The notes: generated by a model not told the origin, from the letters alone. Shown: positions 25,043 through 35,359, counted from the first letter of the stretch. The stretch: DNA of 35,471 nucleotides from a virus (IMGVR_UViG_3300035562_000014:1-35471), one strand, 5' to 3'. Numbers and translations: made by a program.

Positions 25043-25104
25043 ATCCCCTGAATCATCCATTGCTGTGTGTAGTCTTTGCCCGTCTCCCTGGCGGGCTTTT
25101 TTTT
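25043..25104 (+). ncRNA. RprA-like small RNA (3' seed plus terminator)
   Basis: ATTGCTGTGTGTAGTCTTTGCCC matches the recalled RprA 3' region; upstream ATCCCCTGA also matches; terminator stem with compensatory changes and T8. Confidence 0.75.
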
Positions 25105-25162
25105 CATGCCTGAAAGCGCATTCAGTGCAGTGCGCTCCCCGACATGAAAAGGAGCACCACCG

Positions 25163-25312
25163 ATGAAACCTGAAAACATCCACCGGTTGACGGGGCGCGA
25201 CGTGCTCCGCTACCGCCGTAAGCACTTCGATTTAATCACCGGTCTGGCCCTCGCTACCGCGTTCGGCCTGGCTATTACCTTCATTCTCCTTGTAGCGAGG
25301 ACCGCAGTATGA
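25163..25312 (+). CDS. 49-aa single-pass membrane protein
   Basis: [49 protein letters not shown]; AAGGAG RBS; ATGA-coupled to the next gene. Confidence 0.75.
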   Translation: MKPENIHRLTGRDVLRYRRKHFDLITGLALATAFGLAITFILLVARTAV

Positions 25313-26208
25313 GCTTAGAAGCTAATCTCGAACTTAATAACCAGCTGCTGACGCAGCAAAACGAACTGCAGACGCGCAATATCGCACTGCTTGAACGTCT
25401 TGTCAGTACGCTGGCCTCTGGTGTAGCACTCCGCCCGGATACCGTCGCACAGGTGCAGGAATACCGCGAAACAGTAGCCGATACGGGCGGTGCAGCGCCG
25501 ACGCTGGACGACCTGAAATTCAGCGACGTTATCGCGCTGGCTGCGTTCTACCCCGAGCCGCAAGTTATCAGCCTGACCATGCTGCAGCGCGCCATTGATT
25601 ACCGTGACGCAGAAGGCGAAAAGCGCGTGGTTCAAATCGATGCGCTGGACAGCGCGCTGCAAGGCGTTAAACGAGCGAAAGAGCTGAACAAACCGGCGCT
25701 GCTCGACCTGTCTCGTTACATCCTGCGTCACTGGGACGAGCTGCCAACCATCGCAGACCGCCGTAGCTTTGCCGAGCGTCTGCTCGACGCTAAAGCAGGC
25801 GAACGCGACACCGTTACGCCGAAGAAGCCCACCGGCAAAGGCAACCAGCAGGAACGTAAAGGGCCATTCTACTGGAAGGACGTGAAAGAGGGTCTACAGG
25901 GTTGTGAAGACACTCTGGAAGAGCTTCAGCACTACATCGAGTGTGGCGCAGAAGAAATCAATAAGGTCGAGTACCTGCAACTGAAAGAAGCCGTGGATAA
26001 AACCAGCACTAAGCCGGATACCGACCAACCTGATTTTGTTGCCCTGCGCGAAGAGGCTAAAGACCTGATCCTTAAGCTGGCTAAAGGCGGCTACCGGGAA
26101 GAGGCGAAAACAATCCTGGGCAATTTTGGCGGGACTAAGCTCGGTGAAGTAGCGGACGAGAACCTAGCGGACGTCATCGCCCAGGCTGAAAAGGCGCTGG
26201 AGGGTTAA
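25309..26208 (+). CDS. Hypothetical early protein
   Basis: 299-aa ORF with RBS, N-terminal coiled coil, in the usual position before DUF2800 genes. Confidence 0.8.
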   Translation: MSLEANLELNNQLLTQQNELQTRNIALLERLVSTLASGVALRPDTVAQVQEYRETVADTGGAAPTLDDLKFSDVIALAAFYPEPQVISLTMLQRAIDYRDAEGEKRVVQIDALDSALQGVKRAKELNKPALLDLSRYILRHWDELPTIADRRSFAERLLDAKAGERDTVTPKKPTGKGNQQERKGPFYWKDVKEGLQGCEDTLEELQHYIECGAEEINKVEYLQLKEAVDKTSTKPDTDQPDFVALREEAKDLILKLAKGGYREEAKTILGNFGGTKLGEVADENLADVIAQAEKALEG

Positions 26209-26210
26209 AT

Positions 26211-27449
26211 ATGCCGGACGTTCATGCACGACTTTCTCCATCCGCGGCGCATCGGTGGATGCGCTGCCCCGGCAGCCTGGCTCTGGAAGCCACGCAGCCG
26301 GATAAAAGTAGCGCCTTTGCAGAAGAAGGCACCCGCGCCCACGCACTGGCGGAGCAACTGCTTAACTCGCGTCTTTCTGGTAATGCCATGTTTATGGAAG
26401 TTCCTGACCCAGAAATGATGGATTACGTGCAGCGTTATGTCGATACCGTCTGGTCACTTGCCGACGGCAACGAGCTAATGGTCGAGCAGCGCGTCGACTT
26501 CTCGCACATCGTCGGCGTGGAAAACTCCTTCGGTACCGCCGATGCCGTCATCATCGTCGGCAACGAGCTGCAGATCCACGATCTGAAATACGGTCGCGGT
26601 GTGCAGGTTGATGCTGAGCAGAACGAGCAGCTGCAGCTGTATGCCCTCGGCGCGCTGGAGCAGTTCGGGATGCTATACGACTTCGATACGGTACGCCTGT
26701 TTATCCATCAACCGCGCCTTAACCACGTTTCAGAGTGGGCGCTGACAGTCAAAGAGCTCGAGGAATTCGGCGAGCGAGCGCAGGAAGCTGCGGCCAATGT
26801 GATTGTGATGTTCAACATTGCCGAGTGCGACGGCGTTAATACGCTGCCGCTGGAGAACTTCACACCGGGCGAGAAGCAATGCCGGTTCTGTAAGGCAAAG
26901 GGCGGTCTGTGTACCGCTGAGGCTCAGGCGAGGCTTGACGCTGTGAAAGACGATTTTGTCGACCTGACGCAGCCGGTGGGCGAGCAGCTGGCAGAGGCCG
27001 TTAAACGTGTACCGCTGCTGACTGCCGAACAGCTGGCTGATATTTACGGTCAGGTGGGGTTAATCGAATCTTTTTGCAAAGCGGTGTGCGACCGGGTGAG
27101 CAGTGAACTGAACGCCGGGCACCCGGTCCCCGGCTTTAAGCTGGTTACCGGCAAGCAGGGTAATCGTGCATGGGGCGATGAAGAAGCCGCCCGCGCGCTG
27201 CTGAAAGACCAGTTCCGCTATAAAACCGAGGAGGTTTTCGACCTCAAGCTGATTAGCCCGACGAAGGCCGAAAAGCTCATTAAAAAGGCCAGTCCGCGAC
27301 GCTGGACGAAAGTCGAAGCGCTGATAACCCGCGCCGACGGCAAACCCGCCGTAGCCCCTGAATCCGACCCGCGCCCCGCGCTCAATATCAACCCTGTTAA
27401 CGATTTCGACGACGTGTCCGACGACGCGTTCGCCGAAGACCTCATTTAA
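26211..27449 (+). CDS. DUF2800 PD-(D/E)XK exonuclease
   Basis: [47 protein letters not shown]. Confidence 0.9.
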   Translation: MPDVHARLSPSAAHRWMRCPGSLALEATQPDKSSAFAEEGTRAHALAEQLLNSRLSGNAMFMEVPDPEMMDYVQRYVDTVWSLADGNELMVEQRVDFSHIVGVENSFGTADAVIIVGNELQIHDLKYGRGVQVDAEQNEQLQLYALGALEQFGMLYDFDTVRLFIHQPRLNHVSEWALTVKELEEFGERAQEAAANVIVMFNIAECDGVNTLPLENFTPGEKQCRFCKAKGGLCTAEAQARLDAVKDDFVDLTQPVGEQLAEAVKRVPLLTAEQLADIYGQVGLIESFCKAVCDRVSSELNAGHPVPGFKLVTGKQGNRAWGDEEAARALLKDQFRYKTEEVFDLKLISPTKAEKLIKKASPRRWTKVEALITRADGKPAVAPESDPRPALNINPVNDFDDVSDDAFAEDLI

Positions 27450-27463
27450 TTAAGGAAACATCC

Positions 27464-28012
27464 ATGAAACTTAAGCTGACCGCTGTACGTCATGCATTCT
27501 GCAATTTATTCGAAGCCACCGACTTTGAAGGGGATGGAAATTTCAAATTCCGTGACACCTTCCTGATCCCCAAAAACAGCGAGCTCGATAAACAAATATG
27601 GGCAGCTGTCCGTAAGGTTGCAAAAGATGCATGGGGCGACAAGTACGAAAAAATCCTGGAATCTATCAAACATATCCCGAACCGTGCCGGGTACCGCGAT
27701 GGGGATACTAAGTCCGAATACGAGGGCTTTGAAGGCCACATGTTCTTAGCTGCGTCAAATAAGGCCAGACCTTTGGTTATTGACCGTGACCGTTCGCCTC
27801 TTGTTGCTGCTGATGGACGACCTTATTCCGGCTGTTTCGTCAACGCGACGGTGACCGTGTACGCGTATGACAACAAAGGGAAAGGCATTGGCTTCTCTCT
27901 CGGTGGTGTCCAGTTCTTCAAAGATGGTGATGCATTCACTGGCGGCGGTGTGGCAAGCACTGACGATTTCGACGATATCAGCGAAGGCGCAGACGCTTCC
28001 GATTTGGTTTAA
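27464..28012 (+). CDS. DUF2815 ssDNA-binding protein
   Basis: [22 protein letters not shown], acidic C-terminal tail. Confidence 0.9.
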   Translation: MKLKLTAVRHAFCNLFEATDFEGDGNFKFRDTFLIPKNSELDKQIWAAVRKVAKDAWGDKYEKILESIKHIPNRAGYRDGDTKSEYEGFEGHMFLAASNKARPLVIDRDRSPLVAADGRPYSGCFVNATVTVYAYDNKGKGIGFSLGGVQFFKDGDAFTGGGVASTDDFDDISEGADASDLV

Positions 28013-28020
28013 CCCCCTCC

Positions 28021-28046
28021 ACACCCGGCTACGCGCCGGGTGTTTT
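28021..28046 (+). terminator. Terminator-like hairpin after the SSB gene
   Basis: ACACCCGGC-TACGC-GCCGGGTGT followed by TTT. Confidence 0.6.
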
Positions 28047-28089
28047 GCAAAGAGCGCCCCTTTTTGCAAAGCACCTGCGAGGATTGAGT

Positions 28090-30150
28090 ATGGAAAAATT
28101 ATGGATTGACCTCGAAACCTTCAGCGAAGTGCCTATTAACAACGGCACCCATGCCTATGCTGAAAAGGTTGAGGTAATGTTGATGGCCTGGGCCATTGAC
28201 GACGGTCCTGTCAGTGTATGGGATTTAACAGCGGGCACTGTAATGCCGACGATGCTGTATCAGACTCTGGCCGATCCTGAGATAGAGGTATGGGCGCATA
28301 ACTCACATTTCGACCGTACGGTTATGCGGCACGACCATCCCGAGCTGGCGCCCGATGTTACCCGCTGGCGCGACACAATGGTGCAGGCGCTGGCGCATGG
28401 CCTCCCCGGTGCGCTGGGGGCGCTTTGCGAAGTGCTCGGCGTCCCGCAGGACAAGGCGAAGGATAAAGAGGGTAAAGCGCTGATCCAGCTGTTCTGTAAG
28501 CCCCGCCCAAAGAACAGCAAGCTACGCCGGGCCACCAGCAAAACCCACCCGGTAGAGTGGGCGCGGTTCGTTGCATACGCCGGGCTGGATATCGAGGCGA
28601 TGCGAGAAGTGTATAAGCGGCTGCCGAAGTGGAATTACAAGGGCGCAGAGCTGGCGCTGTGGCACCGCGATCAGCAGATTAACGACCGCGGCGTCTGCAT
28701 GGATGTGCAACTCGCGAAAGCAGCAATTGAAGCCGTTGACCAGGAGCAAAAACGCCTGGCGAAGCGTACGCAGGTGATGACCGACGGCGAAGTGCAGGCG
28801 GCGACCCAGCGCGATGCGCTGATTAAGCATATCGTCGAATCGTACGGCGTGGAGCTGCCGGACATGCAGCGCAGCACGCTGGAACGGCGCATCGCGGATC
28901 CTGATTTACCGTCGGCGGTGAAAGAGCTGCTGGCTATCCGCCTGCAGGCCAGCACCACCAGTACCAGCAAATATAAATCGCTGATGAAGGGCGTAAGCCG
29001 CGACGGTCGTCTGCGCGGAACGCTGCAGTTCTGCGGCGCATCGCGGACCGGGCGCTGGGCCGGGCGGTTGTTCCAGCCGCAAAACCTCCCCCGCCCTTCC
29101 CTTGAGCAGGATCAGATAGACGAGGGCATCGAGGCGCTGAAAGCCGGATGCGCCGATTTGCTGTTCGATAACATCATGGAGCTGACCAGCTCGGCGCTGC
29201 GCGGCTGCATCATGGCACCGGAAGGCAAAAAGCTGGTTGTCTCTGACCTGTCGAATATCGAAGGCCGTAAGCTGGCCTGGCTCGCCGGTGAAGAGTGGAA
29301 GCTCCAGGCGTTCCGTGAGTACGACGAAGGGGTCGGCCCTGACCTCTACAAACTGGCCTACGCCCGCGCCTTCAATATCTCACATGAGGATGTTGATAAA
29401 TACCAGCGCCAGATCGGCAAGGTGATGGAGCTCGGCCTCGGCTTCGGCGGTGGCGTTGCGGCGTTCCTGACTTTTGCCCTCGTTTACGGCCTCGACCTCG
29501 ACGAACTGGCAGACGCAGCGCTGCCCAACATCCCCCGCGATGTGATGCGCGAGGCAAAGAGCTGGTATGACGAATCGGTTAAACGTAAGTCGACCTACGG
29601 CCTGTCAGAGCGCGTATTTATCGCCTGCGATTCCCTTAAACGGCTGTGGCGCCGGGCGCATCCGGAAACCTGTGATTTCTGGTATCAGCTCGAGCGCACC
29701 GTCCGCGCCGCCATCGCTACCCCGAAAAAAACGCTGTACTGCGGCTATCTGAAAGTCCGCCGTGATGGCGCGTGGCTGCGCATACAGCTGCCATCCGGAC
29801 GCGCGCTGTGCTACCCGTCGCCCGCTATCGAAAAGGGGAACATCACCTATATGGGGGTGAACTCCTATTCGCGCAAATGGCAACGGCTCAAAACCTACGG
29901 CGGAAAGCTGGTGGAAAACGTCACACAGGCGGCCGCCCGCGACGTACTGGCAGGGAACATGCCGCTGATCGAGAACGCCGGTTACGGCATTGTGCTGACG
30001 GTACACGATGAGGTGATTTGCGAATCACCGGACACCGACGAATTCAACGACACGGCGCTTTCTGCGCTGCTCTCCACTAACCCCGAATGGGCGCCAGATC
30101 TGCCGCTGAACGCTGGCGGCTTCGAGGCGTATCACTATCGTAAGGATTGA
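28090..30150 (+). CDS. Family A DNA polymerase with 3'-5' exonuclease
   Basis: DLET, HNSHFD, TGRWAG, motif A DLSNIEGR, motif [10 protein letters not shown], motif C VHDE; start placed at MEKLW. Confidence 0.95.
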   Translation: MEKLWIDLETFSEVPINNGTHAYAEKVEVMLMAWAIDDGPVSVWDLTAGTVMPTMLYQTLADPEIEVWAHNSHFDRTVMRHDHPELAPDVTRWRDTMVQALAHGLPGALGALCEVLGVPQDKAKDKEGKALIQLFCKPRPKNSKLRRATSKTHPVEWARFVAYAGLDIEAMREVYKRLPKWNYKGAELALWHRDQQINDRGVCMDVQLAKAAIEAVDQEQKRLAKRTQVMTDGEVQAATQRDALIKHIVESYGVELPDMQRSTLERRIADPDLPSAVKELLAIRLQASTTSTSKYKSLMKGVSRDGRLRGTLQFCGASRTGRWAGRLFQPQNLPRPSLEQDQIDEGIEALKAGCADLLFDNIMELTSSALRGCIMAPEGKKLVVSDLSNIEGRKLAWLAGEEWKLQAFREYDEGVGPDLYKLAYARAFNISHEDVDKYQRQIGKVMELGLGFGGGVAAFLTFALVYGLDLDELADAALPNIPRDVMREAKSWYDESVKRKSTYGLSERVFIACDSLKRLWRRAHPETCDFWYQLERTVRAAIATPKKTLYCGYLKVRRDGAWLRIQLPSGRALCYPSPAIEKGNITYMGVNSYSRKWQRLKTYGGKLVENVTQAAARDVLAGNMPLIENAGYGIVLTVHDEVICESPDTDEFNDTALSALLSTNPEWAPDLPLNAGGFEAYHYRKD

Positions 30151-30152
30151 TT

Positions 30153-30353
30153 ATGGCTCTTGACCAAAACCAACAAGTACAGCGTCTGGTAATCCTCGGC
30201 GCTGTAGCAACGCTGAGCGACGAAGACCAAGCGGCTATTCGCCATTTGAAACAAGAAATACTGGCGTTAGCAGAAGCGGCTGGGGAACCCGAATACGCGA
30301 TTTTTGCCCTTTCACTCGCGAGTCTGGATTACACAGACAAGTACGAGGGTTGA
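30153..30353 (+). CDS. Hypothetical protein
   Basis: AAGGA RBS, tightly packed in the operon. Confidence 0.65.
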   Translation: MALDQNQQVQRLVILGAVATLSDEDQAAIRHLKQEILALAEAAGEPEYAIFALSLASLDYTDKYEG

Positions 30354-30357
30354 CCCT

Positions 30358-30570
30358 ATGAAATATCTCTACATGGTGATGGATAGTCGCGCGCAGTTCG
30401 ATATAGACAGCGCAGCCATTTTCGAATGTTGCGGCGACAAACAACCGTCCTGGCGATCCCTTCGCAGAGACTGGGGCGAACAAGGCGCAGTCCTGGTCCG
30501 CTACCGTCAGGTACCAAATACTAACGGCGAAGTCGCTACCGACCCCGAAATTATCGGCGTTATCAACTGA
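30358..30570 (+). CDS. Hypothetical protein
   Basis: GAGGG RBS before ATG 30358, operon packing. Confidence 0.65.
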   Translation: MKYLYMVMDSRAQFDIDSAAIFECCGDKQPSWRSLRRDWGEQGAVLVRYRQVPNTNGEVATDPEIIGVIN

Positions 30571-30581
30571 GGTAATCCCCT

Positions 30582-30803
30582 ATGCCATTTAAACATCGGG
30601 ACAGTCCGCTTTATTACCGGACTGCGCGGGAGGCTGTGCGTATCGAAAAAGAAGGCGATTACCGCCGCGCAGCCAAAGTATGGGCTAAAGCTAACCGCGA
30701 ATCGCACAATCTCACTAACCAGGAATGGAGCGAACGCCGCTCTGATTTTTGTCTGATGCAAATCGGGCGTGAAAAACTGAAAGAGGTAGACGATGCGCGA
30801 TAA
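30582..30803 (+). CDS. PerC/ANR-like small helical protein
   Basis: EKEGDYRRAAKVWAKA pattern; GAGGT RBS. Confidence 0.6.
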   Translation: MPFKHRDSPLYYRTAREAVRIEKEGDYRRAAKVWAKANRESHNLTNQEWSERRSDFCLMQIGREKLKEVDDAR

Positions 30804-31035
30804 AAATCTCACTGATGATGTGATTGACGAGATCATAGCAGCGCCAAAAACATCATTAGAACAATTGCTGGCTCTGGAGTTAAAGCACGAGAGAAAACAG
30901 ACAGGAGTCCCCTTAACCATCGTACTGCCAACTACACGGTTTTGGGCGGGGGTTATTGATTGTTATGCCAAAGATGAAGTGATCGCAGCAATCGAAGCTG
31001 CTGGTGGAGCGGTGATTGATGGCCTACGAACGTGA
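30793..31035 (+). CDS. Hypothetical protein
   Basis: GAGGT RBS; overlaps both neighbours. Confidence 0.65.
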   Translation: MRDKNLTDDVIDEIIAAPKTSLEQLLALELKHERKQTGVPLTIVLPTTRFWAGVIDCYAKDEVIAAIEAAGGAVIDGLRT

Positions 31036-31288
31036 AAGCCTCATAGAAAAGCACCTCATCGCCGAAGTGAAAAAGGCTGGCGGGGTCGCCTTTAAGTTCG
31101 TTTCACCCGGTCGCCGCTCGGTACCTGATCGCATTGTGCTGTTACCCGGCGGCCGTCTCGTTTTCGTTGAATGCAAAGCACCCGGCAAACCACCACGCGC
31201 CGACCAGCTGCGCGAGCACGAACGGCTGCGCGCGCTGGGCTTTACCGTGGTGGTGCTGGATAGCAAAAATCTGGAGGGGATATTGTGA
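31019..31288 (+). CDS. VRR-NUC domain nuclease
   Basis: ESLIE, VPDRIV, FVECK, Q-H-LRALG. Confidence 0.9.
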   Translation: MAYERESLIEKHLIAEVKKAGGVAFKFVSPGRRSVPDRIVLLPGGRLVFVECKAPGKPPRADQLREHERLRALGFTVVVLDSKNLEGIL

Positions 31289-31518
31289 TTAAACACCCTA
31301 AACGCCTTTATGAATGGAATGGCGCAACTGTGGCGCTTAAGAGCGAAACGGCTAATGGCTGGGCAAAGCTTCCCGCTGGCACTACTGGTAAGACCCGTAC
31401 AGTTAAAGGAAGTCGCAGTGGCCTCGAATTCGTCAGTAACCCTTGCAAGTGCTGCGGCATGCAGGTCAGCATTAGCCACATGCGGCCGGAGCATTTCGAT
31501 CTATTGGTTCTGCCATAA
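31285..31518 (+). CDS. Hypothetical protein with CKCC motif
   Basis: GGAGG RBS, GTG start overlapping the upstream stop. Confidence 0.65.
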   Translation: MIKHPKRLYEWNGATVALKSETANGWAKLPAGTTGKTRTVKGSRSGLEFVSNPCKCCGMQVSISHMRPEHFDLLVLP

Positions 31519-31527
31519 GGTTGAAAT

Positions 31528-32370
31528 ATGGTCGTATCCAGAAAAATTAAATCTCCCGCGCTTCGCTATCACGGTTCTAAATTCCGATTAGCCAACTGGA
31601 TAATTAATTTTTTCCCTGACCACCACACGTATGTAGAACCATTTGGCGGCGGCGCTGGTGTTCTATTAAGAAAACAGCGTAGCTATGCCGAAATTTATAA
31701 TGATATCGACGAGGATATTGTTAATTTCTTCCAAGTGGTCAGGGATCCGGAATTAAATAGCCGGTTGCGAAATCTATGCGCGCTAACCCCTTACGCCCGT
31801 GCCGAATTTAGAGCTGCATTAACTGAGTCAGCGGATCCGGTAGAAAGAGCCCGCAGAACAGCAGTACGCGCGATGATGGGTTTTGGCTCAGCTGGAGCAA
31901 CCCAAAAAGACAACGGTTTTAGTATCGATGCAAAGCGCAAATATAAAACGGTCATGGACGTTTGGGCACGATATCCGGATCGACTGGCGGCCATCGGTGA
32001 ACGCTTCACTGGTGTTCTGATTGAGAACCGCCCCGCAACTCAGGTAATGCGCCAACATGACGCCGAAAGCACATTGCACAACGTAGACCCACCCTATCTA
32101 CCGGCGACACGAGATAAGGGAGGAAATCGCAGATACCGGCACGAAATGAGCGAAGAAGATCATATATTTTTGCTGCAAGAACTTCGGTCATTACAAGGCT
32201 ATGTAGTGTTATCTGGCTATGAATCAGACCTCTATAACGATCTGCTTCCTGAGTGGCATAAATCACAAACTAAATCGCGGATATCTGCCGGGCGCGGCAC
32301 AAAGGTAAATACCGAATGCGTCTGGTTGAATCCGCAATGCGTGGAGCAACTCGCACGTGACCTCATCTAA
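31528..32370 (+). CDS. Orphan DNA adenine methyltransferase (Dam/D12 class)
   Basis: YHGSK, EPFGGGAGV SAM motif, YNDID, DPPY. Confidence 0.9.
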   Translation: MVVSRKIKSPALRYHGSKFRLANWIINFFPDHHTYVEPFGGGAGVLLRKQRSYAEIYNDIDEDIVNFFQVVRDPELNSRLRNLCALTPYARAEFRAALTESADPVERARRTAVRAMMGFGSAGATQKDNGFSIDAKRKYKTVMDVWARYPDRLAAIGERFTGVLIENRPATQVMRQHDAESTLHNVDPPYLPATRDKGGNRRYRHEMSEEDHIFLLQELRSLQGYVVLSGYESDLYNDLLPEWHKSQTKSRISAGRGTKVNTECVWLNPQCVEQLARDLI

Positions 32371-33757
32371 AGTATTTACGCCTCGCCCTTACCAAGATCT
32401 CATCATCAACCACGAAATTGACACTCTGCGCTGCAACATCTGGGCGGGCATGGGCATGGGTAAAACCGTGGCGACGCTTACCACGCTGGAAGATCTCTTC
32501 ATGGCGGGTGCGGAGACACAGCCTGCATTGGTCCTCGCGCCGCTGCGTGTGGCTGCCAGTACCTGGCCGGATGAAGCTGTGAAGTGGGGGCATCTGCGTA
32601 ATATCGAGGTGCAGCCTATTGTCGGTAATGCCAAAGCGCGCGCCGCGGCGCTGGCGAACAGCAACGCAAGCGTGTTCACCATCAACTACGACAATCTGGT
32701 CTGGCTGGTGGAAGAGCTGGGCGGCCGCTGGCCGTTCGGTACCGTCATCCCCGATGAAAGCACCCGGCTAAAGTCGTTCCGGTTGCGCGGAGGTGGTAAG
32801 CGCGCGGCTGCGCTGGGGAAAGTGGCGCATAAGCACATCCGGCGATGGATGAATCTCACCGGTACGCCAGCGCCAAACGGCCTGGTGGATTTGTGGGGAC
32901 AAGCGTGGTTTGTCGATCAGGGGCAGCGCCTCGGACGCACCTACGGCGCGTTTACCTCCCGCTGGTTTAACTCAATACAGTTTCCGGGGCAGAGCTGGAC
33001 GAAGCTGGAGCCGTTCGCCCATTCACAGGACGAGATACAGCGGGCGCTGGCCGACGTGACTATCTCCCTTGATGCCGCCGACTGGTTCGACATCAAAGAG
33101 CCCATCCATAACGTGATCCGCGTGGACATGCCGCCGAAGGCCCGCCAGCAGTATCGCGAAATGGAAAAAGAAATGTTTCTCGAGCTGAACGGCGAGGGTA
33201 TCGAAGCGCCGAACGCTGCGGCAAAGACGGTGAAATGTCTGCAAATTGCCAGCGGCGCGGTGTACACCGACGACGCAGGAAGCTGGTCAGAACTGCACGA
33301 CGCGAAGCTGCAGGCGCTGGACAGCATACTGACCGAAGCAGCTGGCGCACCGGTGCTGGTGGCCTACCACTGGAAGCACGACCTGGAGCGTCTGCTTAAA
33401 GCGTTTCCTAAAGGTCGCCATCTTGACCAGGATCCGCAGACGCTGCGCGACTGGAACGCGGGAAAGATACCGATCCTGTTCGCGCACCCGGCCAGCGCGG
33501 GCCACGGCCTGAACATGCAGGACGGCGGCAACATACTGGTGTTTTTCTCGCACTGGTGGGACCTGGAGCAGTACCAGCAAATTATCGAACGCATCGGACC
33601 AACCCGGCAGATTCAGGCCGGACACAACCGCCCGGTGTTCATCCACCACATTATCGCTGCCGGCACTATGGATGAAATGGTGATGGAGCGGCGTAACTCA
33701 AAACGAACGGTGCAGGACATCCTGCTCGATGCCATGAAAAAGAGAGGTATAGCATGA
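32357..33757 (+). CDS. SNF2-family helicase
   Basis: GMGKT, DEST, LTGTP, GHGLNMQ, QIIERI. Confidence 0.92.
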   Translation: MTSSKVFTPRPYQDLIINHEIDTLRCNIWAGMGMGKTVATLTTLEDLFMAGAETQPALVLAPLRVAASTWPDEAVKWGHLRNIEVQPIVGNAKARAAALANSNASVFTINYDNLVWLVEELGGRWPFGTVIPDESTRLKSFRLRGGGKRAAALGKVAHKHIRRWMNLTGTPAPNGLVDLWGQAWFVDQGQRLGRTYGAFTSRWFNSIQFPGQSWTKLEPFAHSQDEIQRALADVTISLDAADWFDIKEPIHNVIRVDMPPKARQQYREMEKEMFLELNGEGIEAPNAAAKTVKCLQIASGAVYTDDAGSWSELHDAKLQALDSILTEAAGAPVLVAYHWKHDLERLLKAFPKGRHLDQDPQTLRDWNAGKIPILFAHPASAGHGLNMQDGGNILVFFSHWWDLEQYQQIIERIGPTRQIQAGHNRPVFIHHIIAAGTMDEMVMERRNSKRTVQDILLDAMKKRGIA

Positions 33758-33936
33758 GTAATGATTTTATGACTGAAAAAGAGGTGTCGGAGCTGATTGG
33801 CAAGAAACGAACCGCACTCTGGCGACTGAGAACAAAACACGGCTTCCCCTCACCTGTTCTTACCCACCCTTCAAAATACAGCCGTACGGCAGTTGAAAAG
33901 TGGATCGCGGATGGCGGCGTTAACCGAGTTGTTTAA
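33754..33936 (+). CDS. Excisionase / AlpA-like protein
   Basis: Winged-HTH pattern MTEKEV-RTALWR-GFPSP; last early gene, convergent with int. Confidence 0.75.
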   Translation: MSNDFMTEKEVSELIGKKRTALWRLRTKHGFPSPVLTHPSKYSRTAVEKWIADGGVNRVV

Positions 33937-35089
33937 CGTGCCAGAAAATCTTATCAGCATACAGTTCATACGCCTCTTTCTGCTCAACCAGCCACTCGTG
34001 TTTATTGTACACGGCCATAACTCCCCCAAGTTCATGCCCCAGCATCTTTTCGGTGACATGGGGCATAATCCCCTCCCCCGAAAGATTCGTCACCAGCGAA
34101 CGCCGGAAGTCATGCGTTCGCCATTCCGGAATATCAATTTTATCCCGTAGCTTTTTCATGTAGAGATTCGCCGACGATCGGTCTATCGCTTTATCCATTT
34201 CCTGGCCGGGGAACAGCACATTGTTACCGGCATTCAGTAGTCTCTCGACGTATGGTTTAACCTGCTCGAACACCGGCCGGCGGATAACATTTCCCATTTT
34301 GGAATGCTCCCCCGGTGTGGTCCATATAAGGTCATCCATATTGAACTCGCTGGCAGTTGCTAGGCGCAATTCAGACAAGCGGGCTCCCCATAGCAGCAGT
34401 AACTGGTGCAGCACTTTATTGGATGAAACAATCTTACTGTTTTCCAGCGCCAGCCACACCTTTGCCAGCTCGGTGTAAGTAAGCACCCGGCTACCAATAT
34501 CCGGCTTTTTACCAATGTTTTTTACGCTGAGTTTGAGCAGTTCGCATGAGGGGATTAACTGCCGACTGATGCACCAATTGATCACAGAACGCAGTTGCAG
34601 AAGGAGCACCCGCGCTTTTTTCTTGTTGAGGCTTTCTTGCTTATCAAAAAAGCGTACCCAGGCCGAAATGGGAATATTGGCTACGGGTGCATCCTCGAAT
34701 TGTGTGTACATGGTGTTGTACACAACGGATTTATACAGCGTCTGAGTATTAGGCTTCAGGTCGGTGACATACTTATCCCACCATTGATCCAGGCATTCTT
34801 TTAGCGTCAGTTCGCCGTCTTCGCGGGCAAAATAATTTTTGGGGTTAACGCCCTTCATGTACAATGCGCGCATCTCACCGACAATAACCCTAGCGTCTTT
34901 GAGAGAAGTAGAAGGATAGCGCCCCACAGTCAGGCGTACAGGCTTGCCATTCCATCGATAGCGGTACTGAAAAGTAATCGTGCCTGTTGGAGTTATACGG
35001 GCACTGAGGCTATCACCGTCTGTGACTTCTGCCGCGCCGGAATATGGCTTACCGCTGATGTTTCGCAGCTTGGTGTCGCTGAGTGCCAA
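33920..35089 (-). CDS. int: Tyrosine integrase with arm-binding domain
   Basis: ALSDTKLR N-terminus, GRYP, catalytic R (ARLSE), HDFRR, LGH, Y (VYN); TTG start inferred from AGGA RBS. Confidence 0.95.
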   Translation of the reverse strand: MALSDTKLRNISGKPYSGAAEVTDGDSLSARITPTGTITFQYRYRWNGKPVRLTVGRYPSTSLKDARVIVGEMRALYMKGVNPKNYFAREDGELTLKECLDQWWDKYVTDLKPNTQTLYKSVVYNTMYTQFEDAPVANIPISAWVRFFDKQESLNKKKARVLLLQLRSVINWCISRQLIPSCELLKLSVKNIGKKPDIGSRVLTYTELAKVWLALENSKIVSSNKVLHQLLLLWGARLSELRLATASEFNMDDLIWTTPGEHSKMGNVIRRPVFEQVKPYVERLLNAGNNVLFPGQEMDKAIDRSSANLYMKKLRDKIDIPEWRTHDFRRSLVTNLSGEGIMPHVTEKMLGHELGGVMAVYNKHEWLVEQKEAYELYADKIFWHVKQLG

Positions 35090-35101
35090 TGCTTTATATC
35101 C

Positions 35102-35145
35102 TGTACACAAAGTTTTCAGGCATTCTGTACTCAAGGTGTACGCAA
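35102..35145 (+). promoter_or_regulatory. Putative integrase arm-type sites (right end)
   Basis: TGTACACAA, TGTACTCAA, TGTACGCAA direct repeats. Confidence 0.6.
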
Positions 35146-35284
35146 TGGCAAGTGAACAAAGCGAGATTTATCAAAAATCAGTAGAAGCAAATAGGGACGA
35201 AAAGAAACAAAAACCTTGTAGCACAGCAAGCGGTTACGGTAGCATAGGAAACACAGCGAACAATTAAAAACTACAGCGTTCAAA

Positions 35285-35359
35285 GTCCCCTTAGTTAAAT
35301 GGATATAACGAGCCCCTCCTAAGGGCTAGTTGCAGGTTCGATTCCTGCAGGGGACACCA
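35285..35359 (+). tRNA. argW: tRNA-Arg(CCT); first 20 bp are the right att core
   Basis: Acceptor stem GTCCCCT/GGGGAC, anticodon arm AGCCC-CTCCTAA-GGGCT, GTTCGATT T-loop, encoded CCA. Confidence 0.95.

Larger units (their letters stand above)
82..35304. mobile_element. Complete temperate prophage (short-tailed T7/BPP-1-like virion module; APSE/BPP-1-like replication module) integrated at tRNA-Arg(CCT)
   Basis: 20-bp direct repeat at both ends; integrase next to the right repeat; full lysis, structural, packaging, immunity and replication gene sets with no obvious broken core gene. Confidence 0.95.

Noticed and set aside
24610-25179. 189-aa minus-strand ORF across the early leader
   Set aside because: The plus strand has promoter, boxA, an RBS-led ORF and terminators; the translation looks non-protein-like.
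26211-27449. Cas4-like nuclease as a sign of CRISPR-Cas
   Set aside because: Standard phage DUF2800 beside SSB and polymerase; no cas genes or repeat-spacer array.
34980-35267. 95-aa plus-strand ORF at the right att arm
   Set aside because: Antisense to the int 5' end and overlapping arm sites; no RBS or motif.
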